Positions 47,459 through 57,409 are shown, counted from the first letter of the stretch. The stretch: 64,000 bases of DNA from Nitrososphaerota archaeon (GCA_033581555.1 JAVQSZ010000007.1:10106-74105), one strand, 5' to 3'. Notes: generated by a model not told the origin, from the letters alone. A program made the numbers and translations.

Positions 47459-48904
47459 TTGATTTGTTGGCTAATCCTCGGGCCGTCAAAGGTGCGGTGC
47501 TTGCCGACGCTGCTCGACTCGACGCTCAGGGAGGGCGAGCTCTTCAAGTTCCTCACTCCGGAGAGGAAGCTGAGGGTCGCGGAGGTCCTCGCGGAGCTCG
47601 GGCTGAGGAGGGTCGAGGTGACCGTGGACTACCCGCCGAAGACGACCGAAGCCGACGTCAGGCCGGTCGTCGAGCTCCTGAGGGACAGGGGAGTCGAGGT
47701 GGTGATGCACGGCAGGGCCTACCGGGCGGACGTCGAGGCCTTCGCGAAGTACGACGTCGACGGCGTCGCAGTCTACGTCGCGGTCTCGAGGGTCCACAGG
47801 GAGCACAAGCTGAAGGGCATCTCGGAGGAGGAGGTAATGGCGAGGTTCCTCGAGGCGGCAGAGCTCTGCAGGTCCCAGGGCTACAGGTACGTCAGGGCGA
47901 CGCTGGAGGACGTCTCACGGCTCTTCGTCGAGGGGCAGTTCGGGGAGCTGGACAGGCTGCTGGAGTTCACGAGGGAGCTCCGGAGCGCGGGCGCCACGAT
48001 GGTCAGCCTCCCCGACACCAGCGGCCTCATGACTCCCCCGATCGCGGCCTCCTTCGTCAGGTACTGCAGGGAGAGGTCAGCCCTCCCGATCGCCTGCCAC
48101 TTCCACAACGACTACGGCATGGCCTCCGCCAACACGGTGACCGCGGTGCTGGAGGGCGCGGAGGAGGCCCACGTCACGCTCTTCGGGATCGGCGACAGGA
48201 ACGGGATCGCGGACCTCTACGAGGTGGTCGCGACGCTCCACGACGTCCACGGCATCGACCTCGGAGTGAGGAGGGAGAGGCTGGCCTGGGCCTACGCGGA
48301 GTTCTCGAGGGTCGCGGGGATCAGGCACTATTGGAGGCACCCGTTGGCCCCCGAGTCGAGGACGGTCAGGGCCGGAGTCCACCAGTCGATGGTGATCAAG
48401 AGGCCCGACGGCTACATACCCCTCGGGAAGCTGAGGTTCGACTTCGACGGGGTCGCCCTGGCCCCGACGCCGTACATCAGCCACAAGGTCTTCCTCGACA
48501 TCGCGTCGAGGCTGAACGCTTCGCTCGACGAGGAGACCGCGAGGAGGGCGGCGGAGTTCGTCGCGGCCCACTACGTCGCCAACGGCGGGAAGGTCAGGTT
48601 CCAGGAGCTGAAGGAGGGGCTGGAGGCGGTGCTCGGGCTCCGGATCCCGGAGGACCTCCTCAGGGCCTACTTCGGGATCGAGAAGGTCTACATCATGGTC
48701 AAGCTGAGGCCCCAGTCCGACGTCTCGAGGGTCGTCTCGGAGGTCTCGGGGTGGCAGGACGTCGAGGCGGTCGACGAGGTCTACGGCGACATGGACCTCG
48801 TGATCGTCGGGAGGGCGGCCTCGGGGCCCAACAACCTCGTCGAGAGGGTCAGGAGGGCGCTCCTCGGTATCGCGGAGGAGATGAAGGTCCTGGTGACCGA
48901 CTGA
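47459..48904 (+). CDS. 2-isopropylmalate / homocitrate / citramalate synthase family (HMGL-like TIM barrel)
   Basis: LLDSTLREGE (the DTTLRDGEQ equivalent) and HFHNDYGMASANTVTAVLEGA motifs. 481 aa. Confidence 0.75.
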   Translation: MICWLILGPSKVRCLPTLLDSTLREGELFKFLTPERKLRVAEVLAELGLRRVEVTVDYPPKTTEADVRPVVELLRDRGVEVVMHGRAYRADVEAFAKYDVDGVAVYVAVSRVHREHKLKGISEEEVMARFLEAAELCRSQGYRYVRATLEDVSRLFVEGQFGELDRLLEFTRELRSAGATMVSLPDTSGLMTPPIAASFVRYCRERSALPIACHFHNDYGMASANTVTAVLEGAEEAHVTLFGIGDRNGIADLYEVVATLHDVHGIDLGVRRERLAWAYAEFSRVAGIRHYWRHPLAPESRTVRAGVHQSMVIKRPDGYIPLGKLRFDFDGVALAPTPYISHKVFLDIASRLNASLDEETARRAAEFVAAHYVANGGKVRFQELKEGLEAVLGLRIPEDLLRAYFGIEKVYIMVKLRPQSDVSRVVSEVSGWQDVEAVDEVYGDMDLVIVGRAASGPNNLVERVRRALLGIAEEMKVLVTD

Positions 48905-48940
48905 GCCCGGCTACGGTTTATTGACGGGGCGGGACGCGGA

Positions 48941-49966
48941 GTGCCGATGATCGAGCTGAAGGGCAAGGACCTGATCTCGAGCCAGGACTGGTCCCTTGAG
49001 GAGATCGGCGCGGTCATGGACCTAGCGAGGGAGCTCAAGGTGATGAGGTACGCCGGGAACGTCCCGGAGCTCTTCAAGAACAGGACCTTCTTCATGATCT
49101 TCTACAACACCTCCACGAGGACTAGGGCGAGCTTCGAGGCCGCTGCGACGATGCTTGGAGGGCATGCGCAGTTCATCGACTTCGCCACCACCAGGGGCGC
49201 GGAGGGCGAGTCGGTCAAGGACATGGCGAAGATGTACGAGAGGTTCGGGCACGCACTTGGGGTGAGGATATTGGAGTCAGCGGTCGACTACGTCTACGGG
49301 AGGGGGAACGCGGTGGTGAGGGAGTACGCGGAACACGCGAGGATCCCCGTGGTCAACATGGCCGACGACATGTTCCACCCCTCCCAGGCGATCGCTGACC
49401 TCTACACGATTTCGGAGAGGTTCAACTGGAGGCCGGAGGGGAAGAGGTACGTCATCATGTGGGCCTACAGCGACCGGATAAGGAGCTGGGGTAGCGTCCA
49501 GGACGAAATGCTCCTCGCGACACGCTACGGGATGGACGTCGTCCTCTGCTACCCGCCGGGCTTCGACCTCGACGAGAGGCTCGTGAAGGTCGCGGAGCAG
49601 AACGCCAAGGACTCCGGCGGCTCGCTCGAGGTCTCCCACGACCCCAAAGAGGCGCTGAGGGGGGCCCACGTCGTCTTCCCGAGGAGCTGGGCGAGCCACG
49701 CCTGTGTCGTCGAGGGGCTGAACAGGTTCGGGAGGGAGAGGGAGCTGGAGCTCCACAAGAGGTACCAGGACTGGAGGCTGACGAGGGAGCTGACCGACCT
49801 GATGGACAGGCACGGGATCGTGACCCACGTCCTCCCGGTCTTCAGGGGCCAAGAGGCCGACGACGACGTCATGGACGGCCCCAGGAGCGTCATCTACGAC
49901 CAGGCCGAGAACCTGCTCTACGTCAGGGCAGCGATCCTCGCCCTGATCGCGGGCACAGGGCCCTAA
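48941..49966 (+). CDS. Ornithine/aspartate carbamoyltransferase-family protein (OTCase-like)
   Basis: STRTRASFEAA carbamoyl-phosphate site, HPSQAIAD (HPxQ) and HVLPVFRG (HCLP-like) motifs. 341 aa. Confidence 0.6.
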   Translation: MPMIELKGKDLISSQDWSLEEIGAVMDLARELKVMRYAGNVPELFKNRTFFMIFYNTSTRTRASFEAAATMLGGHAQFIDFATTRGAEGESVKDMAKMYERFGHALGVRILESAVDYVYGRGNAVVREYAEHARIPVVNMADDMFHPSQAIADLYTISERFNWRPEGKRYVIMWAYSDRIRSWGSVQDEMLLATRYGMDVVLCYPPGFDLDERLVKVAEQNAKDSGGSLEVSHDPKEALRGAHVVFPRSWASHACVVEGLNRFGRERELELHKRYQDWRLTRELTDLMDRHGIVTHVLPVFRGQEADDDVMDGPRSVIYDQAENLLYVRAAILALIAGTGP

Positions 49967-50015
49967 GGGGTTCCGGCGATTCCGTTATCTCCGGGTCCAG
50001 GGGGCTCTCCGGGGA

Positions 50016-50699
50016 ATGGTGCTGACCGCGAAGGTCTTCGACGTCAGGGCGAAGTCGAACCTCGGTGCGATAGCCCAGAAGCTGAAGGACTTCAGGAGCG
50101 TCGAGGTCGTGAAGGAGGACGACACCGATGTCGAGCTGGTCACGGACGTCCACGACGTCAGGGGCGAGAGGGACAGGGTCTCCGGGGTATTCAGCAGGGA
50201 CAAGCTGATCAGGGTCCGGCAGAGGGGGAAGGTGGTCCCGATCGTGAAGACGATCGACGCGTACATCGAGTTCAGGGACAGGGGCGACAAGCTGCTGCTC
50301 GTGGTGATGCAGGAGAAGCACTTCGCCAACTACGTCGCGACCACCCTCAGCAACGCCCTCTTCCTCGACTTCAAGTCGATCGTCGAGGCGAGGATCCCCC
50401 ACGAGAGGCTGGTGGAGCTCCACAACCGTAACCCTGAGTCGACGCGGCTGATCTGGTTCGACCAAGTCGACTACCCGGGGGTCGACAAGCTGGCCCTCGC
50501 GGGGCCCTCGCTGATGGACACCTCGATGTACGATGAGGCCCTCAGGCACGGGAAGATCTGGTACATCGTCTACGCCACGAGGGAGGGCGGGATGATCTAC
50601 GGGCTGACTAGGAACTGCGTCGTCACTGCCTTCAGCAGGATCTCCGAGTCCGACTTCCTCGACTACGTGGTCAGGGAGGTACTGCCGCTGATAGAGTAA
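50016..50699 (+). CDS. Hypothetical protein
   Basis: 227 aa with no recognised motif. The codon pattern is consistent with coding. Confidence 0.35.
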   Translation: MVLTAKVFDVRAKSNLGAIAQKLKDFRSVEVVKEDDTDVELVTDVHDVRGERDRVSGVFSRDKLIRVRQRGKVVPIVKTIDAYIEFRDRGDKLLLVVMQEKHFANYVATTLSNALFLDFKSIVEARIPHERLVELHNRNPESTRLIWFDQVDYPGVDKLALAGPSLMDTSMYDEALRHGKIWYIVYATREGGMIYGLTRNCVVTAFSRISESDFLDYVVREVLPLIE

Positions 50700-50724
50700 A
50701 AAATCTGGGCATGTCCGGCCGGCT

Positions 50725-52401
50725 TCAGAACGGGTACCTTCTCCTCCTGCCCACCACGATCGCAGCGCCTAGCAGGGCCGCTATCACCGCGAGGAGCGCG
50801 GGTATGATGTAGGTCGTGATGGGTTCAGCGAAGATTTGCGTGGTCGTGAAGGTCTGAGTGGTCTGGAGAGTCTGCGTGGTCATGAAGGTCTGAGTGGTCT
50901 GGAGAGTCTGCGTGGTCATGAAGGTCAGGGTCGTCGACTCCGTTCTGGTCGTGGTCGTGAGGCTCGAGATTGTGGTAGTGGTGCTCGTGGTCCCGGTGAG
51001 CGTCGTCCTTTCGGTCTGCGTGATGGTGGTCGTCCTGATGTCGTAGGCCGTGGTCGTTGTCCCCACCACCGAGGTGACCGTGGTAGAGAAGGTCGTTGTC
51101 GTGGATGTAGTAACGGTCGTGGTGGTCGAGACCACTAACGCGTCGGGGCAGAACCTCGAGTAGAAGGCATCCATGACCCCTGGGTTGTTGATTGTCGGCG
51201 TGAACGACGTCAGCGCCGGCGTGGAGGCGATATCGCCTGGCGAAGGAGTCGCGATTGACAAGCTCGGGGACGAAATGCTGAAGCTGATCGGTCCCATGGT
51301 GAGGTCAGGAACTGCGTAAAAGATCGGCCAGCTATCGGTATCGCCGCCGAAGACGACGCAGGATCCCAGCGGCGCTGAGTCGATGGCCCTCTGCTGTGAC
51401 ATCTCCCTCGCGACGACGAACGCGAAGGCGAAGCTGCCGTCGGACTTGAGCGCGACCATCAGGGCGTCCTGGGTGCCGAAGAGTGTCGTCGTCCCGAGAG
51501 AGTATACGATGCCGCCCACGACGGAGACTGACTGCGTGATCGCCGCACCAGGCGACATGTCGATCACTCTAACCCAGTCGGGGTTGAGGTTCCCCGGGTC
51601 GAGTCTCATGACCAGCATCCTCTGGCTAGCGGGGGTCGCATGTGTACCCGACACATAAACCCGTCCGCCGGATATCGCGATGTCCCTCCCCTCCTCGAAG
51701 TCCGGTGTCGCGAATGTCCTCGATGACTCGTGGTTGCCGTTGGAGTCGAAGCGTGACACGAAGAGGTCGCCGTTTGAGGTCCTGCCGGTTACGTATAGCT
51801 TCCCTCCGTCAAAGGCCACGGACTGTGCGAGGTCTCCTCCCCCGAAGACCTTGAACTCCCTGACCCACACGACGGCGAGGTCCGATGTTCGCACGGCCAT
51901 CAGCAGCGCGCCGAGCTGCGTGGCGCCGGCGACGTAGATGGTATTGCCGTCTCCGCTGATCGCCAGCCCTTCGGCTTGGTCCGAGGGGCCGAAGTCGTAG
52001 ACCTTCAGTCCCGCTAAATTACAGCTCGCGTCCATCCTCGCGATGAAGACGTTCGGCGGGTTCGGGCCGTAGTCAGTCAGTCCTACGATGTAGACTCGTC
52101 CAGCGTGCACAACGACCTTCTTCGCGAGGTCCCTCGGACCTCCGCTGATGTCTACCGCAGAGCTGCACAGGTGCGAGTTGTCTGAGAGCCTGAAGACGGA
52201 GAGGAAGAAGTTCATCGGGTTAAGGCCGAAGCTCTGCGTTGCCCCGACGGCGTAGAGGTTGGTCCCGTCGACCGCTATGCCGCCGAAAAGCTCCGGCTGA
52301 GGTCCGCCGAAGCTCTGCCGGAACGTCACGACCTCCGCGTGAGCAGCTCCGAACGCCGTCAGCAGCATCCCCACCGTCAGGAGGAGTATGCTTGCCCTCA
52401 C
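50725..52401 (-). CDS. Cell-surface protein: signal peptide, beta-propeller-like repeats, Thr-rich tandem-repeat stalk and C-terminal TM anchor
   Basis: N-terminal MRASILLLTVGMLLTAFGAAHA. Recurring ...Y(V/A)(A/T)G... blades. A C-terminal TTQT(L/F)QTTQTFM stalk. Terminal IIPALLAVIAALLGAAIVVGRRRRYPF. Confidence 0.6.
   Translation of the reverse strand: MRASILLLTVGMLLTAFGAAHAEVVTFRQSFGGPQPELFGGIAVDGTNLYAVGATQSFGLNPMNFFLSVFRLSDNSHLCSSAVDISGGPRDLAKKVVVHAGRVYIVGLTDYGPNPPNVFIARMDASCNLAGLKVYDFGPSDQAEGLAISGDGNTIYVAGATQLGALLMAVRTSDLAVVWVREFKVFGGGDLAQSVAFDGGKLYVTGRTSNGDLFVSRFDSNGNHESSRTFATPDFEEGRDIAISGGRVYVSGTHATPASQRMLVMRLDPGNLNPDWVRVIDMSPGAAITQSVSVVGGIVYSLGTTTLFGTQDALMVALKSDGSFAFAFVVAREMSQQRAIDSAPLGSCVVFGGDTDSWPIFYAVPDLTMGPISFSISSPSLSIATPSPGDIASTPALTSFTPTINNPGVMDAFYSRFCPDALVVSTTTTVTTSTTTTFSTTVTSVVGTTTTAYDIRTTTITQTERTTLTGTTSTTTTISSLTTTTRTESTTLTFMTTQTLQTTQTFMTTQTLQTTQTFTTTQIFAEPITTYIIPALLAVIAALLGAAIVVGRRRRYPF
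50845..50930. repeat. 36-nt tandem repeat (about 2.5 copies) encoding the TTQTLQTTQTFM stalk repeat
   Basis: catgaaggtctgagtggtctggagagtctgcgtggt repeated head-to-tail on the + strand (coding strand is minus). Confidence 0.7.
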
Positions 52402-52527
52402 GCCGCGAGGGTCAGGCGTGTTAAAGTTATTTCTTTTCCCGATCGAGTGAGTAGAAGCGCTGACGTAGTGAATACGGGAGATCGCGCACGCAATACGCGG
52501 GTCAGATCCTGGGATTATCGGCTCTAC

Positions 52528-53736
52528 TCAGTACCTGGGCATGCTGGGGTCGATCCTCTCCGCGTAGGCGTCTATCCCCCCGGCGAGGTTGTAGGCCCGG
52601 GTTATCCCGATGTCCCTGAGTAGCTTGACCGCGAGCGCGCTCCTCTGGCCGGTGTGGCAGTAGACCACGACCCTCTTCGTCTGGTCGATCTCGTGGAGCC
52701 TCGAGGTGAGCTGGCCCAGGGGTATCAGCTTCGCGCCCGGGATGTGGCAGATCTCCCACTCCACGGGTTCCCTCACGTCGATCAGCTCGACCCTCTCGCC
52801 CCGTTCCACCATCTCCTTGAACTGCTCCGGCGTCACGCTGAAGCCCGCGCCCATCTCCTCGCCGGTGACCCTGACGCCGCAGAAGGCCTCGTAGTCGATC
52901 AGCTCCCTGATGGTCGGGTTGTCGCCGCAGACCGGGCAGTTCCTGTCCCTCTGGAAGGAGAGCTCCCTGAAGGTTATCGAGAGCGCGTCGACCAGCAGGA
53001 GCTTCCCTATCAGCGGCCTCCCGACCCCGAGGATCAGCTTGATCGCCTCGTTCGCCTGGAGCGAGCCTATGATCCCCGGAAGGACTCCGAGGACTCCGCC
53101 TTCTGCGCAGGAGGGGACGAGGCCCGGAGGTGGAGGCTCTGGATAGAGGCACCTGTAGCACGGCCCCTTCCCCGCGTAAAAGACCGAGACCTGGCCGTCG
53201 AACCTGAAGATGCTCCCGTAGACCAGCGGCTTGCCGAGGAGGACGCAGGCGTCGTTCAGGAGGTACCTCGTCGGGAAGTTGTCGGTCGCGTCGATCACGA
53301 CGTCGTAGTCCCTGATGACCTCGATGGCGTTCGAGGAGTTGATCGTCGAGTTGTAGGTCGTCACCTCGACGTAGGGGTTGAGCCTCTCGAGCCTCTCCTT
53401 CGCGGCCTCGACCTTCGGCCTCCCGACGTCCTCGGTGGTGAAGAGGACCTGGCGCTGGAGGTTGGTCTCGTCGACCGCGTCGAAGTCGACGATCCCGATC
53501 CTCCCGACGCCCGCGGCCGCGAGGTAGAGCGCCACCGGAGACCCGAGGCCTCCGGCCCCGACCACCAGGACCTTCGCAGCCTTCAGCCTCCTCTGCCCCT
53601 TCATCCCGACCTCCGGCATGATCAGGTGTCTCCCGTACCTCCTGATCTCCGGGAAGCTCAGCGCGACCTCCTCCCATCCCCTAACGACCGGTTCGATCGA
53701 CGCTAGCTCGACCACCTCGCCGCCCCTGAAGTCCAT
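52528..53736 (-). CDS. MoeB/ThiF-type adenylyltransferase fused to a C-terminal rhodanese domain (MoeZ/MOCS3-like sulfur-carrier E1)
   Basis: GAGGLGSPVALYLAAAGVGRIGIVDFDAVDETNLQRQ. CxxC pairs. C-terminal rhodanese with active-site CHTGQRS. Confidence 0.85.
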   Translation of the reverse strand: MDFRGGEVVELASIEPVVRGWEEVALSFPEIRRYGRHLIMPEVGMKGQRRLKAAKVLVVGAGGLGSPVALYLAAAGVGRIGIVDFDAVDETNLQRQVLFTTEDVGRPKVEAAKERLERLNPYVEVTTYNSTINSSNAIEVIRDYDVVIDATDNFPTRYLLNDACVLLGKPLVYGSIFRFDGQVSVFYAGKGPCYRCLYPEPPPPGLVPSCAEGGVLGVLPGIIGSLQANEAIKLILGVGRPLIGKLLLVDALSITFRELSFQRDRNCPVCGDNPTIRELIDYEAFCGVRVTGEEMGAGFSVTPEQFKEMVERGERVELIDVREPVEWEICHIPGAKLIPLGQLTSRLHEIDQTKRVVVYCHTGQRSALAVKLLRDIGITRAYNLAGGIDAYAERIDPSMPRY

Positions 53737-53847
53737 CCGTATTTAATTCTGAGCGGCCCTCGCGCTCCGCCGCTAGACCGTTCCCCACGTCAGGCTTGCT
53801 TCCAGTTCCCGAGAGAGCGGTTCCGCTATTCGCAGCCGAGCTCGGAT

Positions 53848-54345
53848 TTGCCGCAAAAACATATTTTTACCCCGTACAGAATGTGTACCGCAATTACGAT
53901 GTCAGTCAGGGCGATGGACGAGAAGGACAGGAGGCTTGTCGAGTACCTCGTCAGGGACGCGAGGATGCCGTACAAGAGGCTGGGGGAGCTCGTCGGGCTC
54001 TCGGAGGGCGCGGTCAGGAAGAGGGTGAAGAGGCTGAGGGAGCTGGGGCTCCTGAGGTTCACGGCGATCGTCGACGACAAGTCGATGGTCAAGGCGATCA
54101 CGATGATCAACGTGGACCCCGGAACTCCGACGCCCTCGGTCGCGGAGACCCTCTCGAAGCTCGAGGGCGTGCTGGAGGTCCACGAGGTCACCGGGAACTT
54201 CGACGCGGTCGCGATTATCCTCGCGAGGGACATGGCTTCTCTGAACAGGTGCATCGACAGCATCAGGAGGATCAGGGGGATCAGGAGCACCAACACCTGC
54301 ATCGTGCTGAGGTCCGTGCAGTCCTCGCTCCCCAACAAGCGCTAG
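53848..54345 (+). CDS. Lrp/AsnC-family transcriptional regulator
   Basis: HTH DRRLVEYLVRDARMPYKRLGELVGLSEGAVRKRVKRL plus a RAM domain. The likely start is the Met at about 53899 (MSVRAMDEK), which has a TATA-like atatttttac about 27 nt upstream. Confidence 0.85.
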   Translation: MPQKHIFTPYRMCTAITMSVRAMDEKDRRLVEYLVRDARMPYKRLGELVGLSEGAVRKRVKRLRELGLLRFTAIVDDKSMVKAITMINVDPGTPTPSVAETLSKLEGVLEVHEVTGNFDAVAIILARDMASLNRCIDSIRRIRGIRSTNTCIVLRSVQSSLPNKR

Positions 54346-54421
54346 CTCTGCGGGCTCCGGAACGCTCATCGGGCCGATCGCTCGGTCATCCGTTAAATAA
54401 TGCCTCGGCGCATCCTTCAAC

Positions 54422-55084
54422 GTGGACAAGACGATCACGTGGATCTCGGTTCTGCTGATCGTCACGGGGGCCGCGGGGATCTTCCTCACGTACTCCGGCG
54501 TCTCCAAGACCTTCGAGCACGGGATGAACGCGGTCTCGGCGCTCCTACTCCTGATGGGCGTGCTGATGCTCCCCGGAGGTCTCCTGAGGGGCGGGCCTCC
54601 GAGCGTGTCGGTGAAGCAGGCGATGGCCATCGGCCTCGCGGTCTTCGCGGTCAGTGCTGGCCTCTCGACGGCCGCGGTCGTCGGGTACGGTCCCTTCAAG
54701 CTCCTCCATGCCGTGGGTCCGACCATCGGCGAGGCGCCGATCAAGGTCTTCGTCTCGATAATCCCCGGCTCATGGGACCCGAGGCAGCCTGAGAACTACG
54801 TGCCCAAGGACGTCAGGGTCGTCCTGTTCATCAACCACACCGTTGTCTGGACCAACGACGAGGAGCTCGACGTCGCCCACACGGTCACCCACGACGGAGG
54901 CCTCTTCGACTCGGGGCTCTTCGGGAAGGGTGAGAGGTTCGTCTACTCTTTCTCGAGGGAGGGCGTCTACACCTACCACTGCGTCCCGCACCCGTGGATG
55001 AGGGGCTCCGTGACGGTTGAGTCGATACCGACGGACCAGGTCAGGGAGGTCCTCCGGAGGCTGAACGTCACCGCTACCTCCTGA
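54422..55084 (+). CDS. Membrane-anchored blue-copper (cupredoxin/plastocyanin-like) protein
   Basis: Three N-terminal TM helices, then a C-terminal domain with the type-1 Cu ligand pattern H…YTYHCVPHPWMRGS (Cys-x2-His-x2-Met). Confidence 0.7.
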   Translation: MDKTITWISVLLIVTGAAGIFLTYSGVSKTFEHGMNAVSALLLLMGVLMLPGGLLRGGPPSVSVKQAMAIGLAVFAVSAGLSTAAVVGYGPFKLLHAVGPTIGEAPIKVFVSIIPGSWDPRQPENYVPKDVRVVLFINHTVVWTNDEELDVAHTVTHDGGLFDSGLFGKGERFVYSFSREGVYTYHCVPHPWMRGSVTVESIPTDQVREVLRRLNVTATS

Positions 55085-55613
55085 GGGGCGCGACCGGCGC
55101 CTTCACCCTCAACCTCAGCACGTAGGCGTTGAAGGCGAGGAGCGCCGCCCCTATGTAGCCTGGGATCATGCCCAGCGTGCTCGCGACGCCTATCCCCATC
55201 AGCGCCAGGATCAGGGACGGGGCCCATCCGCAGCAGAGGTAGAACGTCGAGGCCAGGGTCCCGATGAACGCGCCAATCGCCGACCCTCCGCCGACGACGA
55301 GGCACGTCCTGAGCCTTCCCTGCGCGTAGAGCGTGAGGAGGTAGAAGGCGTTCAGCGCCAGGAGGAAGGAGAGGAGGGCCCCTAGGAGCACCGCGTAGAC
55401 CTTCAGCGTCACGACGAACCCGTCGCCGATCAGCTGGAGCGCCGGGCCCGTGTAGGCTTGCGACTCGATGAAGGCCGGGGTCACCACGATCCCCGAGATC
55501 CCTATTCTGGGGGTTGTCCAGACGGAAGCGGCTCCGGAGAGCGACGAGAACGCGACGAAGTACGCGGCCCCGAGGACCGATCCGACGACCGCGGTGGCTG
55601 CGGTCGACCTCAT
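55074..55613 (-). CDS. Hypothetical polytopic membrane protein
   Basis: 179 aa with about 5 hydrophobic helices. No motif recognised. Confidence 0.35.
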   Translation of the reverse strand: MRSTAATAVVGSVLGAAYFVAFSSLSGAASVWTTPRIGISGIVVTPAFIESQAYTGPALQLIGDGFVVTLKVYAVLLGALLSFLLALNAFYLLTLYAQGRLRTCLVVGGGSAIGAFIGTLASTFYLCCGWAPSLILALMGIGVASTLGMIPGYIGAALLAFNAYVLRLRVKAPVAPLRR

Positions 55614-55685
55614 GCCGTTCGGACCCGGTCAGGGCGAGTTATTTCCTTAATCCTGAAGCTCCCGGCTGGATGTCCGAGAGTGCGG

Positions 55686-57308
55686 TCAGCCGCCTCCTGC
55701 GCCGGGGACGCGGGCGTATTGTGAGAGGATCTCGTCCAGCCTCTCAGGCCCGAGGTCGTAGAGGTATGGGCCGAGCCGTGGGCCGCTGTCCCTGTTGAGT
55801 AAAACCCTGTAGAAGTACCTGAAGGTCTCCGCGGGGTCGACGCCCCTCGCCCTCGACCTGTTGAAGACCTCGCTCTGGATCTCCTCCGGTCCCGCTCTCC
55901 TCCTCACCGCCTCCGCGACCTCCCTGATCACCGCCATGACCTCCGCCGGCACCTCGACCCTGGAGGGCCTCGCCGCGACGCCGAAGTCGTTGACGTAGTT
56001 CACCGCGTACCAGATCCTCTTCCGGACCTCCTCGGAGCTGACGTCGTAGCCGTACCTCTTAAGCCTCTCAAGGACGAAATCCTCCCTCCTCTCCGGGGGA
56101 GCGACCGATACGAGGTCCACCAGGAGTCTGTACGGCACCTTGACCGAGGGCCTGGTCCTCGGCCTCAGCATGTGGGCGTGCTCGTAGAGGCCCCTCAGCC
56201 TGACCGTCCTGAAGTCGGTCGCTCCCTTGGTCCTGAAGTAAAGCTCCTCCAGCTTGTCGAGCTCGTCCATCATCCTGATGATGGTGGAGGTCGAGATCCT
56301 CCTAGTGCCCACGGACCTCTTAAGCAGGTAGAGCGTGAGGCTCGGGGGCGAGGCGTACCTGTACCACATCTGCGGCGTGAAGACGTTCCCCGTCGACTTG
56401 GAGATCTTCCTGCCGACCGCGTCGAGGAACATCTCATACCTCACGTGGTAGGGGTGAGGGTGTCCGAGGACGTTCTCCGAGACCCAGTCGTTCACCTTCA
56501 CGGAGTCCGCAATGTCCTTCCCGTATGCCTCGAACCTGACGTCCAGGGCAGCCCACCTGGCCGCGAACTCGACCTTCCAGGCCAGCTTGCCGTCGTCGGT
56601 GTCGATCCTAGCCTCGCCTTCGTGGCCGCAGCCGGCGAACCACCCGGACTTCAGCTGCACCCCGACGCACCTATACCTCACGGTCCCGCGCCTGGCATCG
56701 AACTCGTAGGCCTCAGCGGTGTAGATCCTGCCGCAGCCCCCGCAGACCGGGAAGTAGGGCAGGACCCTGGTGAACTTCTCCTGACCGGTCATCTCCCTGA
56801 TGACCTCCCCGACCCTCCTCCAGTCCGAGAGGATCTTCCCGATCTGTTCCCTCAACAGCCCGGTCTTGTACGCCTCTCTGCCCGACATGAACCTGTACTC
56901 GAGCCCGGCCTCGTCGAGGGCCTCCCGGAGCATCGCTGCCATGCTCTCCGCGAAAGACCCGAAGTTCCCGAACGGGTCCGGAACGTCGGAGACCGGCTTG
57001 AGGAGGTGCTCGTTGAGCCAGGAGGGGAGGTTCGCGGGGACCTTCCTGAGTCCGTCCATGTCGTCGCAGAAGACGATCAGCTCCGACCGATACCCCATGT
57101 CCCTGAGGGCCAGGGTCACCGCGTGGGCCCTGACCGCGTCGGCCATGCTCCCGATGTGGGGTATTCCGCTGGCTCCGAACCCGCTCTCGGTCCTGATCAC
57201 GTCCAGGCTCCTCCCCAGCTCCCGCTCCCTCTGGACCAGCCTGTGGGCGACCATGTCCATCCAGGTGCCCCTTCCGATCGCCCTCCTCTCCGCCGACTCG
57301 CCCTCCAT
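55686..57308 (-). CDS. lysK: Lysyl-tRNA synthetase, class I
   Basis: Class-I HIGH-type motif (GIPHIGS) and KMSKS-type RKISKSTGN. Approximately 540 aa, archaeal LysRS-I architecture. Confidence 0.85.
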   Translation of the reverse strand: MEGESAERRAIGRGTWMDMVAHRLVQRERELGRSLDVIRTESGFGASGIPHIGSMADAVRAHAVTLALRDMGYRSELIVFCDDMDGLRKVPANLPSWLNEHLLKPVSDVPDPFGNFGSFAESMAAMLREALDEAGLEYRFMSGREAYKTGLLREQIGKILSDWRRVGEVIREMTGQEKFTRVLPYFPVCGGCGRIYTAEAYEFDARRGTVRYRCVGVQLKSGWFAGCGHEGEARIDTDDGKLAWKVEFAARWAALDVRFEAYGKDIADSVKVNDWVSENVLGHPHPYHVRYEMFLDAVGRKISKSTGNVFTPQMWYRYASPPSLTLYLLKRSVGTRRISTSTIIRMMDELDKLEELYFRTKGATDFRTVRLRGLYEHAHMLRPRTRPSVKVPYRLLVDLVSVAPPERREDFVLERLKRYGYDVSSEEVRKRIWYAVNYVNDFGVAARPSRVEVPAEVMAVIREVAEAVRRRAGPEEIQSEVFNRSRARGVDPAETFRYFYRVLLNRDSGPRLGPYLYDLGPERLDEILSQYARVPGAGGG

Positions 57309-57409
57309 TCCCCGCGTCAGCCCTCCGGAGAGGAAATTAACCGTGCGCCTCCGGAACCCCTAATAGCGGGGCCGGTCCTCTGCCCTCGGGGATGAGGAGA
57401 GCTGCAGTA

